Assembly: GCA_043732185.1 (NCBI GenBank)
Contig: JAYTHY010000028.1
Location: 1 to 39,927, forward strand
DNA length: 39,927 nt
Source of the DNA: Fibrobacteria bacterium
Lineage (GTDB): Bacteria; Fibrobacterota; Fibrobacteria; UBA11236
Reading direction: 5' to 3'
Positions within the stretch are counted from its first letter, which is position 1; every line of letters starts with the position of its first letter. The notes under the pieces are model-generated. The model was not told where the DNA came from. It worked only from the letters and a program-made list of their open reading frames with translations, and searched no databases. Below are positions 7,731 to 16,511 of this stretch, piece after piece. The translations under genes and the position numbers were made by a program.

Positions 7731-10634
7731 ATGCAATATCTTCTACTCTCCTGCTTCTTCCTCTCCGGCTTCAGTAGTCTTGTCTACGAATCCATTTGGA
7801 CCCGCCACCTAACTCATGTGATTGGCGGCGCGCCCTATGCTGTCAGTATCATCCTTACGATTTTCATGGGGGGATTGGGAATTGGATGCGTGTTGGGCGG
7901 GCGCCTGGCGGATCGCCTGACCAAGCCGGGGAAATGGGTCCAAGCCTATGGTATTTTAGAATTGATAATCGGATTATATGCGCTAATTCTCCCGCCATTA
8001 TTGGTATGGGCCAAACCCATTTTTTCCTCTGTTTATGCCAATTGGTATTACCGTCCTTTCATTTACAATTCGTTCTCCTTTTTAATTTGCTCTATTTTGA
8101 TTCTCATTCCCGTTTTATGTATGGGCGCGACGCTGCCGCTTGTTAGCAGAAACTTTGTCCGCAGCCCGGTCAAGGTAGGTGGCCCAATAAGTCTCCTTTA
8201 CGCGATTAACACGTTTGGTGCGGCGACTGGTGTATTGGCAGTCGGCTTCTGGCTATTTCCAAGCCTTGGCCTTAAAGTAACAACCTTAGTCGCTGCCTTA
8301 ATAAATGGCCTTGTTGGATTCTTTTGTTTAGCTCTGGGGCCGCGATTAAACCGAATTGATGGATTGAAACCACTTAATCCGATAGGTTTTGCAAAACCTC
8401 TGATTAAAACCAGCCTAAAGGAAATCCGCCTAATATTTTTTGTCTTCTGTATTTCCGGATTTTGTTCTATGGCATATGAAGTGGCATGGACAAAGGTGCT
8501 CACGTTAATTATGGGCCCAACTTCACAAGCTTTTTCATTGGTGCTCACCGTGTTTATTACTGGGCTGGCAGCTGGAGGTTGGGCTTTTGGCAGGATTTCC
8601 GACCGAATTAAAAATCCTGCATGGTGGTTAGCCATTTCGCAGGCGGCCGTGGCCTTTTCAGCCTTGATGGCTGGGCAACGCATGGGCAATAGTTCTTTTC
8701 TCTTTCAGAAAATTGACTTCACATTTGTTGGGCAGTTTGGTATCGCATTGGCCATAAAATCCGTCGTCCTCTTTATTTTCATGTTTGTTCCCACCTTCCT
8801 GCTTGGAGCCGCGTTTCCCTTATCCATGCGCTTAGTCGCAAGTGATGCTGAACGCATGGGGCGCTCCATTGGAAAAGCGTATGCCATGAATACTCTTGGT
8901 GGAGTGATGGGCGCTTGGTGCACGGGCTTTCTGCTAATTCCTTATTTCGGAAGCGAACGCAGTCTCGGATTACTCGCGATTTTACAAATAGTGTCTGCCG
9001 GTGTAGTAGCCTATTTCGCTTTAAAGGGAAAAAAGGAAAAGGCTTGGAAGTGGGCCCTATCGATCATGGCCATATTGATAATACTGCCTATTTCCATAGC
9101 CAATCCTAATTGGGACCGTGCCGCCCTTTCTAGGGCGTCGAATCGCAGTTTAGGATCAGACATGGCAGAAACGTCCTGGCTGGATGCATTCATAAACCAT
9201 CAACCTCCGCCGCGCAAATTATTGGCTGAGGAGCAGGTTTTTTATGGGGATGGAATTGGAGGGTTCACCTCAATTTGGCGGTCGGTCAACCTACTTGGTA
9301 TTCCAGAATTCAGTCTTTACGTGAGTGGAAAAGCCGACGCATCTTCTCATGGAGATATGTTCACGCAAACTTTACTCGGCCAATTTCCCATGCAACTTCA
9401 CCCAAATCCTAAAAAAATCATGGTACTTGGACTCGCAAGCGGTGTTACAGCGGGTGAAGTGCTCAATTACAACATCGACAGGCTTGATTTGTTGGAAATC
9501 AATCCCCAAGTAGTAGCAGCTAGTCGTTTTTTTGAACCTTGGAACGGAAAAGTTTTGAATGATCCACGCACCCATCTTATTTTGCAAGATGCCAAAGCCC
9601 ATCTTTTGTTGTCCCATGAAAAATACGATGTGATTATATCTGAGCCCTCAAATCCTTGGATGGCCGGGCTTGCCGAGTTGTTTACTAAAGAATTTTTTGA
9701 GCGCGCCAGGGATCACCTTAGTGAAGGTGGCGTCCTGGTTGAATTCCTACACTCCTATCAAATGGATTGGAAAGTTTTTTCCCTAGTGGGTCGAACTTTC
9801 GCGAATGTTTTCCCACAAGGAATGTTGGTACGTACGATGCCTGATGATCGACGGCTGCCGGGTATTTCCAGTGATTATTTGTTGGTTGGGGTGAAGGGAA
9901 CTGGCACACCGCTTATCAAATCATCGCCAGAAAAAATTCTTGCCCTCGCACGCTCCCACAATGTAAGTCTAGCCAACCCACTCCTCTTATATCGTTTGGT
10001 TGAATCCGAAAATTTACCCGGCCTTTTTGGAAATGGGCCAATGAATACGGATGATTTACCCTTGGTTGAGTTCATGGCTCCAAAACTACGCTTTGATTTT
10101 AATAGCTCCGAAATTGAGGCGAAAATTGCTGACGGGGCTAAGCTATCAGAATCGATTCGCATTCTACGAGACTCCCTGAAAGCCGATCCAGAAAGTCGCA
10201 CAGGATTTGCAGTCTACGCTTTTTCCATTGCTAAACCTTTTCCAGGGATGCTGGATTGGAGTAGCGCCACACCAAACCAGCGCGATGCCTTTTCCAAAGC
10301 AATGGAAACGTATTGTACCGAAAATCACATTTTGGATTGGGATTTTTTGGACCAAGTGGAAATGAAAAATAAGTGCTCAATCATACAGATGGCTGGTTTA
10401 AATCGGTACCTTAAATCCGGTGGTCCAGCCGCTGTTTTTCTAGGAATGGCTGAAGTGTGTATGGTGAATAATGTTCCCGCCAATGCCTATAAATTTTATA
10501 AAAAGGCTTTGGAATCTGCCGGCCCAAATTCCTTGGTAGGGCAAGAAGCTCAGCTGCGAATGAACGAAATGGGCCTATCATTCGATCAGCGTTCACCCGT
10601 CATTAAATCAGGCAGTGAAAGTCCCGAGCATTAA
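7731..10634 (+). CDS. Fused multi-pass membrane / spermidine synthase-like SAM-dependent domain protein with C-terminal TPR-like segment
   Basis: About 13 TM helices with duplicated SGF...YE-x-x-W and YA-x-NT-x-G motifs, then VLGLASGVTA, LEINP, QDAKAHL and DVIISEPSNPW. Start placed at ATG 7731 (track gives TTG 7695). Confidence 0.88.
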   Translation: MQYLLLSCFFLSGFSSLVYESIWTRHLTHVIGGAPYAVSIILTIFMGGLGIGCVLGGRLADRLTKPGKWVQAYGILELIIGLYALILPPLLVWAKPIFSSVYANWYYRPFIYNSFSFLICSILILIPVLCMGATLPLVSRNFVRSPVKVGGPISLLYAINTFGAATGVLAVGFWLFPSLGLKVTTLVAALINGLVGFFCLALGPRLNRIDGLKPLNPIGFAKPLIKTSLKEIRLIFFVFCISGFCSMAYEVAWTKVLTLIMGPTSQAFSLVLTVFITGLAAGGWAFGRISDRIKNPAWWLAISQAAVAFSALMAGQRMGNSSFLFQKIDFTFVGQFGIALAIKSVVLFIFMFVPTFLLGAAFPLSMRLVASDAERMGRSIGKAYAMNTLGGVMGAWCTGFLLIPYFGSERSLGLLAILQIVSAGVVAYFALKGKKEKAWKWALSIMAILIILPISIANPNWDRAALSRASNRSLGSDMAETSWLDAFINHQPPPRKLLAEEQVFYGDGIGGFTSIWRSVNLLGIPEFSLYVSGKADASSHGDMFTQTLLGQFPMQLHPNPKKIMVLGLASGVTAGEVLNYNIDRLDLLEINPQVVAASRFFEPWNGKVLNDPRTHLILQDAKAHLLLSHEKYDVIISEPSNPWMAGLAELFTKEFFERARDHLSEGGVLVEFLHSYQMDWKVFSLVGRTFANVFPQGMLVRTMPDDRRLPGISSDYLLVGVKGTGTPLIKSSPEKILALARSHNVSLANPLLLYRLVESENLPGLFGNGPMNTDDLPLVEFMAPKLRFDFNSSEIEAKIADGAKLSESIRILRDSLKADPESRTGFAVYAFSIAKPFPGMLDWSSATPNQRDAFSKAMETYCTENHILDWDFLDQVEMKNKCSIIQMAGLNRYLKSGGPAAVFLGMAEVCMVNNVPANAYKFYKKALESAGPNSLVGQEAQLRMNEMGLSFDQRSPVIKSGSESPEH

Positions 10635-10649
10635 ATTTTGATTTTAAAC

Positions 10650-10678
10650 TTGTGCATTTGAAATTGGACCTGTATATA
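10650..10678 (+). promoter_or_regulatory. Sigma70-type promoter TTGTGC-N17-TATATA
   Basis: 17-nt spacing; aligns without gaps to the equivalent promoter upstream of the paralog at 12145. Confidence 0.55.
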
Positions 10679-10766
10679 TTTAACACGAATCGGAATCATA
10701 AAATATCGCTCCTTAATTGCAAATGTGATTGAACACGGAGCTTAGTGTAAACAAGGGGTAATTTTT

Positions 10767-11852
10767 ATGGTAAAAGCAAATCTCACATTTTTTATTGCAG
10801 CAATGGCTTTTTTAGTTAACGCAGAAGTCAATACCCTAAGCGAATGCGAAAAACAGGAAGGCTTTAATCTGCTATTTGATGGCACCTATGCCGGTTTCCA
10901 GGCAAATTGGACGAGTTATAGGCAGGGTAAAGAGGATACAACGACACTTCTGAGCCAAGAGTGGAAAGTGGATACCACTACATCTTCAATTATTACTACA
11001 AGTTCCACATCTGATATTCGAAGCAAACAAAAGTATGCGGATTTTGATCTACGGCTTTCCTTTCGGAATCGGTTTGAGAGCGGAATTTATTATCGCGCAT
11101 TAACTACAGCGAACTCTGGATGGGAGACGGGGGTTTTATATTCTGTAAATGAAACGGCATCTGGTTCGAATTCGGATCTTTATATAACAGGTTCGGCTTA
11201 TGACTTTTTCCCAGCGCAGAAGAAAGTGTATCACACCTTTGCAAGTGGACTTTGGAATGAAGTGCGCATCGTAGTAAAAGGCAATCTAGATGCCAATGGA
11301 AGAAAAACGGACAGTGTAGAACATTGGTTAAATGGAACGCGCGTTGTTGCATTTAGATATGGCAGCCCTGCATTTTGGACAGCCTATGCTGCGCATAAAT
11401 GGGCCGGTTACACTAGCTATTGCCAACCTATTCCCGGTGACAAATCCTCCACACCTATTCCATCTGGCTATATCGGATTTCAAGCGGACTATAACGGTCT
11501 TTGGAAGATTCGAGATGTGCGCATTAACAGCACAACCACCGTGAAGCTAGATGGATACAAGTTTCCACCAGATGCGTGCGGTGTTTCGAATGGCACCCCA
11601 ACCAAACAAGGTGCGCCGGTAACATCCATGTCCTTTGAGCAAGTTGAAGGCGTGGTGCATGTGCAGCTTAAAGGCGGAAAATTTGATGCTGTTATCCTTA
11701 TGTCTCTAAAAGGCCGTGAGATTTCAAGAAGCAAAGTTGACCAGGAAGCCCAATCTGCAACACTTACGGGTTGGAACCAGCCTGGCGTTTACATCATAAA
11801 GGCGCTTCAATTAGGGGTCAACAGGCACACGGAAAAATTATTCCTGCGTTAA
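10767..11852 (+). CDS. Secreted DUF1080 (3-keto-disaccharide hydrolase-like) protein with T9SS-like C-terminal domain, paralog A
   Basis: Signal peptide; EGFNLLFDG, KYADFDLR, WNEVRIVVKG, VEHWLNG, GYIGFQ; tail SLKGREI...PGVYIIK...KLFLR. Confidence 0.88.
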   Translation: MVKANLTFFIAAMAFLVNAEVNTLSECEKQEGFNLLFDGTYAGFQANWTSYRQGKEDTTTLLSQEWKVDTTTSSIITTSSTSDIRSKQKYADFDLRLSFRNRFESGIYYRALTTANSGWETGVLYSVNETASGSNSDLYITGSAYDFFPAQKKVYHTFASGLWNEVRIVVKGNLDANGRKTDSVEHWLNGTRVVAFRYGSPAFWTAYAAHKWAGYTSYCQPIPGDKSSTPIPSGYIGFQADYNGLWKIRDVRINSTTTVKLDGYKFPPDACGVSNGTPTKQGAPVTSMSFEQVEGVVHVQLKGGKFDAVILMSLKGREISRSKVDQEAQSATLTGWNQPGVYIIKALQLGVNRHTEKLFLR

Positions 11853-11941
11853 TACTGTTGTCCGCTTTAAATCGAAACCTGAAATCGGTAGCTGGCCCCA
11901 TTTTCTAAGCAGTGAAATAGTAAGCGGCTGCCACAAAATCA

Positions 11942-11970
11942 TGTAACCCATGGTTTTGTAATGGGTTACA
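11942..11970. promoter_or_regulatory. Perfect 10-bp inverted repeat TGTAACCCAT-N9-ATGGGTTACA (operator or hairpin)
   Basis: Read directly between the two DUF1080 genes, about 60 nt upstream of the -35 box; no U-tract follows. Confidence 0.45.
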
Positions 11971-12028
11971 AATATAAAATGTCTGGCAAGGAGTGAAAAA
12001 AAGTCGGTCAATGAAGTAAAAATACGGT

Positions 12029-12057
12029 TTGCGATTTTGAAGTTGTGCCGGTATATT
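12029..12057 (+). promoter_or_regulatory. Sigma70-type promoter TTGCGA-N17-TATATT
   Basis: 17-nt spacing; homologous to 10650-10678. Confidence 0.55.
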
Positions 12058-12144
12058 GTCCACACGGTTCGGTATCAAGAAACTAGGACCCTGGTTTGAG
12101 CGAGTCTTTGAGTGGGGTTGTATGGTTTATAGGGAGCATTTTTA

Positions 12145-13221
12145 ATGAAAAAAGCATATTTGGCTATGATTTTTGCTGCTTCGGCTTGTTTGGTCAACGC
12201 ACAAATTAATACTCTGAGCGATTGCGAAAAGCAAGAAGGCTTCAACCTGCTATTCGATGGAACGCTTGCCAGTTTCCAGGGAAATTGGACGGCTTATAAG
12301 CAAGGTTCAGAAGACAATACCGCACCGCCGAGCCAAGAGTGGAAAGTAGAAGCGGCCACCTCATCCATTATTACCACAAACTCGACATCCGATATTCGAT
12401 CCAAACAAAAGTACGCAGATTTCGATCTGCGCTTTTCATTTCGAAATCCTCATAACGAAGGTATTTATTATAGGGAGTTAACCACGAAAGCTTCCGGATG
12501 GGAAACGGGAATTGAATACCAAATAGATGAAGCTTCAACAAACCCGCTTACTGTAACTGGGGCGGCCTATGATTTGTTCCCTGTAGTGACAAATGTATTA
12601 AACTCCTTTGCCAGTGGACTCTGGAATGAGGCGCGTATTGTCGTCAAAGGAAACCTTGACGCCAATGGAAAAAAAACGGACAGCGTCGAACATTGGCTGA
12701 ATGGCAGGCGCATTGTTGCTTTCAGGTACGGTAGCCCTGCTTTTTGGACGGCATATGCAGCCAACAAGTGGGTGGGCTACCCTAGTTTCTGCCAGCCAAT
12801 ACCTGGGGATAAATCTTCTACTCCAATTCCAACTGGATATATTGGATTTCAAGGGGATCATGATGGACTTTGGAAAATCCGAAATCTGCGCATAAATAGT
12901 ACCCCCGCTGTAAAACTTGGTGGATACAAGTTTCCACCAGACGCTTGTGCCGTATCTACTGGATCCCCAATCATCCAGGAAACGCCAAGAATATCCGTTT
13001 TCACTGAACAGTTTGCAGGCTCTATGCGTTTGCAGTTTCGGGGTGTAAAAATCGACGCGGTTGCCCTTTTGTCTCTTAACGGCCATGAAGTCACTAGAAG
13101 CAAAGTTGACCCCGAATCCCAAACCGCATCGCTTTCCGGATGGAAACAGCCAGGTGTTTACTTTATCAAAGCACTTCAATCTGGCGTCATAAAGCATACG
13201 GAAAAAATAGTTCTTCAGTAA
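12145..13221 (+). CDS. Secreted DUF1080 protein with T9SS-like C-terminal domain, paralog B
   Basis: Signal peptide; retains GIEYQID and GFQGDH motifs; closely similar to paralog A; tail SLNGHEV...PGVYFIK. Confidence 0.88.
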   Translation: MKKAYLAMIFAASACLVNAQINTLSDCEKQEGFNLLFDGTLASFQGNWTAYKQGSEDNTAPPSQEWKVEAATSSIITTNSTSDIRSKQKYADFDLRFSFRNPHNEGIYYRELTTKASGWETGIEYQIDEASTNPLTVTGAAYDLFPVVTNVLNSFASGLWNEARIVVKGNLDANGKKTDSVEHWLNGRRIVAFRYGSPAFWTAYAANKWVGYPSFCQPIPGDKSSTPIPTGYIGFQGDHDGLWKIRNLRINSTPAVKLGGYKFPPDACAVSTGSPIIQETPRISVFTEQFAGSMRLQFRGVKIDAVALLSLNGHEVTRSKVDPESQTASLSGWKQPGVYFIKALQSGVIKHTEKIVLQ

Positions 13222-13258
13222 TTTCGAACTGATTTTTTAATTGTGACCGCATTCTTTT

Positions 13259-13296
13259 TTAAAGGAGGATGCGACTCACTTCTTCTCCTTTTTTTG
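13259..13296 (+). terminator. Probable intrinsic terminator
   Basis: AAAGGAGGA...TTCTCCTTT imperfect stem followed by a T-run, downstream of the 13221 stop. Confidence 0.55.
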
Positions 13297-13412
13297 TTTC
13301 CTTCGATCTTGCAATTGGTCAGAGTTTATTTAGTTTATCATTCCCAACGGAATACAGATCAAAAGTTCCCGGAATTTTGCCCGCGGGCGATCATTCCAAG
13401 AGAGGCGTGGCC

Positions 13413-14966
13413 ATGATGGCGAAATGGATTCTGGCACTTCTTGTGTCAACTCTACAAATAGGGTTTGCGGAAGATGGCGTTAAAATTGAGTATAAACCAT
13501 TGTCAATCGGAGCACTTCAAGAATTCGGAATGCTTAAAAGTGGGCGCTTTGGAACTGCACCCACTACTTTTAAGAATGAATGGACGGACCATATGGGGGC
13601 TTTTCTGACCCAAGAAGTCAAAGCATCCGAAAGATTAACCTTTCGAATTGGGCTAGGCGGCATTTTTGAATTTCAGAAGCCTGAAAAAATCAATCCGAAT
13701 TGGGGTGGCACGCAGTACCGTAACTTTTTTGTGGGCCCAACTACTGCAGATTTAAATTATTCAATTCCTCTGTCCTCCAGTAATTTTTCCATTGGCCTTG
13801 GCATGTTTCCCTTTAAATACAATCCAGATGCCGCTAACCTTGGTGAATACTTGTTTCGCAGTGGACCTTATCCGGGCTACATATGGAGCGGTGGTTATTC
13901 ATATTTGGGCGACAACCAAGCCTACTTACAAGGAATGAAATCGCATTATGCAATGGGAAGCTTCTCAGCCGACATTCTTTTGCTCACCGAAACCACGTTT
14001 CCACCACTCTACGATCTTTCTCTGGCAGCACTGGTTAAATATAAAATCGCAGACGGGCTCTTGACATTAACGGGTGGAGTCAACTTCAAGCGGTTGGTAT
14101 CCATTCACCCTTCTCGTACATCAGTTCAGTCTCCTGAAAACGCCTATTTTACCAACTCGAACGGAACGTGGACAGGAAACCTTGAATACTACCGCCAACA
14201 TGCAAGCTTCTATCAGACAAGGGCTGACTCTATAGCGGCTCAAGCGGATCGTCTTAATTCGAAAAATACGGCTGGAGATTCTGCTCTTGCCACGGCGAAA
14301 CTATCAGAAATTCCTGCACTGAAGGCACAACAAGCGAAGTGGAAGGCGAATACGGACTCCGTCAAATGGTGGACGGTGGATACGGCCAATCATGGTCCTA
14401 AGCCCTCCCTCAACTATTACACGCAGGCTGGAATCATAACTGTAGCGTCAGCTGCTCTTGATTTTAAAAAACTATTTTCCTCAGAATATTTCGGCCCAAA
14501 TGATATGCGCCTCTATGCCGAATTAGCATTGTTGGGAATTAAGGACTATCCAATTTTCTATGAAAAGAAATCAGAACGGATGCCCTTGATGATCGGCTTT
14601 AACTTTCCAGGTTTTAAAGTGTTTGATCTTATCTCACTTCAGGCGGAGATTTACAAATCTGCTTGGTTGAACTCTTACGCCCAATCCGTTGTGAATAATC
14701 ATGCTGTTCCCGAAATACCGCTTGGATCCGACGGTATCAATTCAGCCGCTGAATATAAGGATATCACCCAAAAGGACGATATTTATTGGTCCCTTCTGAT
14801 AAGAAAACAATTGGTAGCCGGACTGATGCTATCAGGCCAGGTAGCGCGCGATCACATTCGCACTGTAAGTGAGGCCACTTGGGCGGGTCCAGGTACCGAT
14901 CCCAACGAAATGCTTTATTCCAACAAAAACTGGTACTGGATGCTCCAGTTTAGTTTTGGAATCTGA
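13413..14966 (+). CDS. Predicted outer-membrane beta-barrel, unnamed family, paralog 1
   Basis: RBS AGAGG before ATG 13413 (track gives 13269); signal peptide; alternating amphipathic strands; C-terminal WYWMLQFSFGI; family motifs FPFKYNPDAANLGEYLFRSGPYP and GIKDYPIFYEKKSERMP. Confidence 0.8.
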   Translation: MMAKWILALLVSTLQIGFAEDGVKIEYKPLSIGALQEFGMLKSGRFGTAPTTFKNEWTDHMGAFLTQEVKASERLTFRIGLGGIFEFQKPEKINPNWGGTQYRNFFVGPTTADLNYSIPLSSSNFSIGLGMFPFKYNPDAANLGEYLFRSGPYPGYIWSGGYSYLGDNQAYLQGMKSHYAMGSFSADILLLTETTFPPLYDLSLAALVKYKIADGLLTLTGGVNFKRLVSIHPSRTSVQSPENAYFTNSNGTWTGNLEYYRQHASFYQTRADSIAAQADRLNSKNTAGDSALATAKLSEIPALKAQQAKWKANTDSVKWWTVDTANHGPKPSLNYYTQAGIITVASAALDFKKLFSSEYFGPNDMRLYAELALLGIKDYPIFYEKKSERMPLMIGFNFPGFKVFDLISLQAEIYKSAWLNSYAQSVVNNHAVPEIPLGSDGINSAAEYKDITQKDDIYWSLLIRKQLVAGLMLSGQVARDHIRTVSEATWAGPGTDPNEMLYSNKNWYWMLQFSFGI

Positions 14967-14974
14967 GGAAAAAT

Positions 14975-16501
14975 ATGGCTAAGTCAAGCGTAACTGGAGT
15001 GGCTATGGTTGTAAAAAGATTGGGTATCCTTCTCGGCGCACTATCCTTGGGCGTGTCCGTAGGTGGTACTCAGGAAGCCAAGGTTGTTTACAAGCCACTA
15101 AAAATAACGGGTGTCCAAGAATTTGGGCAGATCCAAAGTGGTTTGCTTCGCTCAACCGATACTCCGATTGACCATGAGTGGGTCGATCATTTCGGCAGTT
15201 TTTTAACGCAAGAGGCGTTGGTAAATGATCGTTTACGGCTGGAAATTGGCTTAGGCGGGACTTTTCAAAATGGAAAGCCGGAAAGAGTCGATGAAAAATA
15301 CGGTGGATCACAGTATAAAATGTTTTTCATTGGACCGACAATAGCGAAGGCGACAGTTCTATTTGGTGATGTGGAAAAACCAACATTTTCAATTGGATGT
15401 GGTATTTTTCCCTTCAAGTACAATCCTCAAGCAGTTGATTTAGGCGAATACCTGTTTCGTTCAGGCGCATATGCCACCTATATTATGAACGGTGGACTGT
15501 TAATGATTGGTGACAATTCTGCCTACCTTGAAGGGTTTCATGCTGCTGCCAATCTGGGTAACCTGAATGTTAACTTGCTTTTGACTACGGAAACGGGCAT
15601 GCCTCCACTGTATGACTGGTCGATTACCGCCCTGGCTAATTACAGAATGGGTGACGGTTTGTTGAATATCGGCGCTGGAGTCAACTTCAAGCGAATACTG
15701 TCTGTCGACCAAGACCGAACTGTGCGTCAGGATCCTGGTAACTCTTATTTCAATCGGAATGGCATCAATTATGTAGGGGATAAATCGTATTACCTACAAC
15801 AAGCCAAATTTTATTCTAGCGCGATAACAAATGCGAATCCAACTTCGGATACGATTGGATTTGACGCAAAACGTGCTAACGCCCAGGCGGCTTATGATTC
15901 CTTAACAGTTTGGCTGGATCCAATAACTAACAAATACCCGAATGCAAAATACTTTACCCCAGCAGCAACAATTCTATCCGCCAATGCAAGTTTGGATTTA
16001 AAAAAAATAATGGGTGCGGAAGGCATGAAAGAAAACGACTTATTGCTTTATGGAGAATGGGCTTTACTAGGTGTCAAAAATTATCCAATCTTCTATGAGA
16101 AAATGACAGAGAGAATGCCGATTATGTTAGGGTTTAACCTCCCTGCTTTTGGAATTCTGGATCGAATAGCATTGCAAGCTGAGCACTTCGCCTCACCCTT
16201 TCAAAACAATAATCAGCCATTGGGCGGACAGAATTGGGCCACGCCATGGTTCCCAACGGGTGAAGATAAATTGTATTCGGATAAGAAATACAATGATCTA
16301 TCTACCAAGGATGATTGGGCTTGGTCCGTTTTGATGCAGCGTACTTTCTACAAGCATTTCACAGTGAGTGGGCAGATAGCGCGCGATCACCTTCGGACAG
16401 TTGGGACGGACTGGTTTTACGGTTCCCGACTAGAGCCAACTGAAGACCTCCACAAAATCTCTGACTGGTACTGGGCGCTCCAGCTAGCCTGGTCCATCTA
16501 A
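14975..16501 (+). CDS. Predicted outer-membrane beta-barrel, unnamed family, paralog 2
   Basis: Same motifs (FPFKYNPQAVDLGEYLFRSGAY, GVKNYPIFYEKMTERMP, QIARDH); ends WYWALQLAWSI. Start may be ATG 15005. Confidence 0.8.
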   Translation: MAKSSVTGVAMVVKRLGILLGALSLGVSVGGTQEAKVVYKPLKITGVQEFGQIQSGLLRSTDTPIDHEWVDHFGSFLTQEALVNDRLRLEIGLGGTFQNGKPERVDEKYGGSQYKMFFIGPTIAKATVLFGDVEKPTFSIGCGIFPFKYNPQAVDLGEYLFRSGAYATYIMNGGLLMIGDNSAYLEGFHAAANLGNLNVNLLLTTETGMPPLYDWSITALANYRMGDGLLNIGAGVNFKRILSVDQDRTVRQDPGNSYFNRNGINYVGDKSYYLQQAKFYSSAITNANPTSDTIGFDAKRANAQAAYDSLTVWLDPITNKYPNAKYFTPAATILSANASLDLKKIMGAEGMKENDLLLYGEWALLGVKNYPIFYEKMTERMPIMLGFNLPAFGILDRIALQAEHFASPFQNNNQPLGGQNWATPWFPTGEDKLYSDKKYNDLSTKDDWAWSVLMQRTFYKHFTVSGQIARDHLRTVGTDWFYGSRLEPTEDLHKISDWYWALQLAWSI

Positions 16502-16511
16502 GGGGAATGCG

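Noticed and set aside
12598..13197. Long antisense ORFs (also 18578..19084, 20819..21385, 30260..30610)
   Set aside because: They lie opposite well-supported genes and have no independent motifs or RBS.
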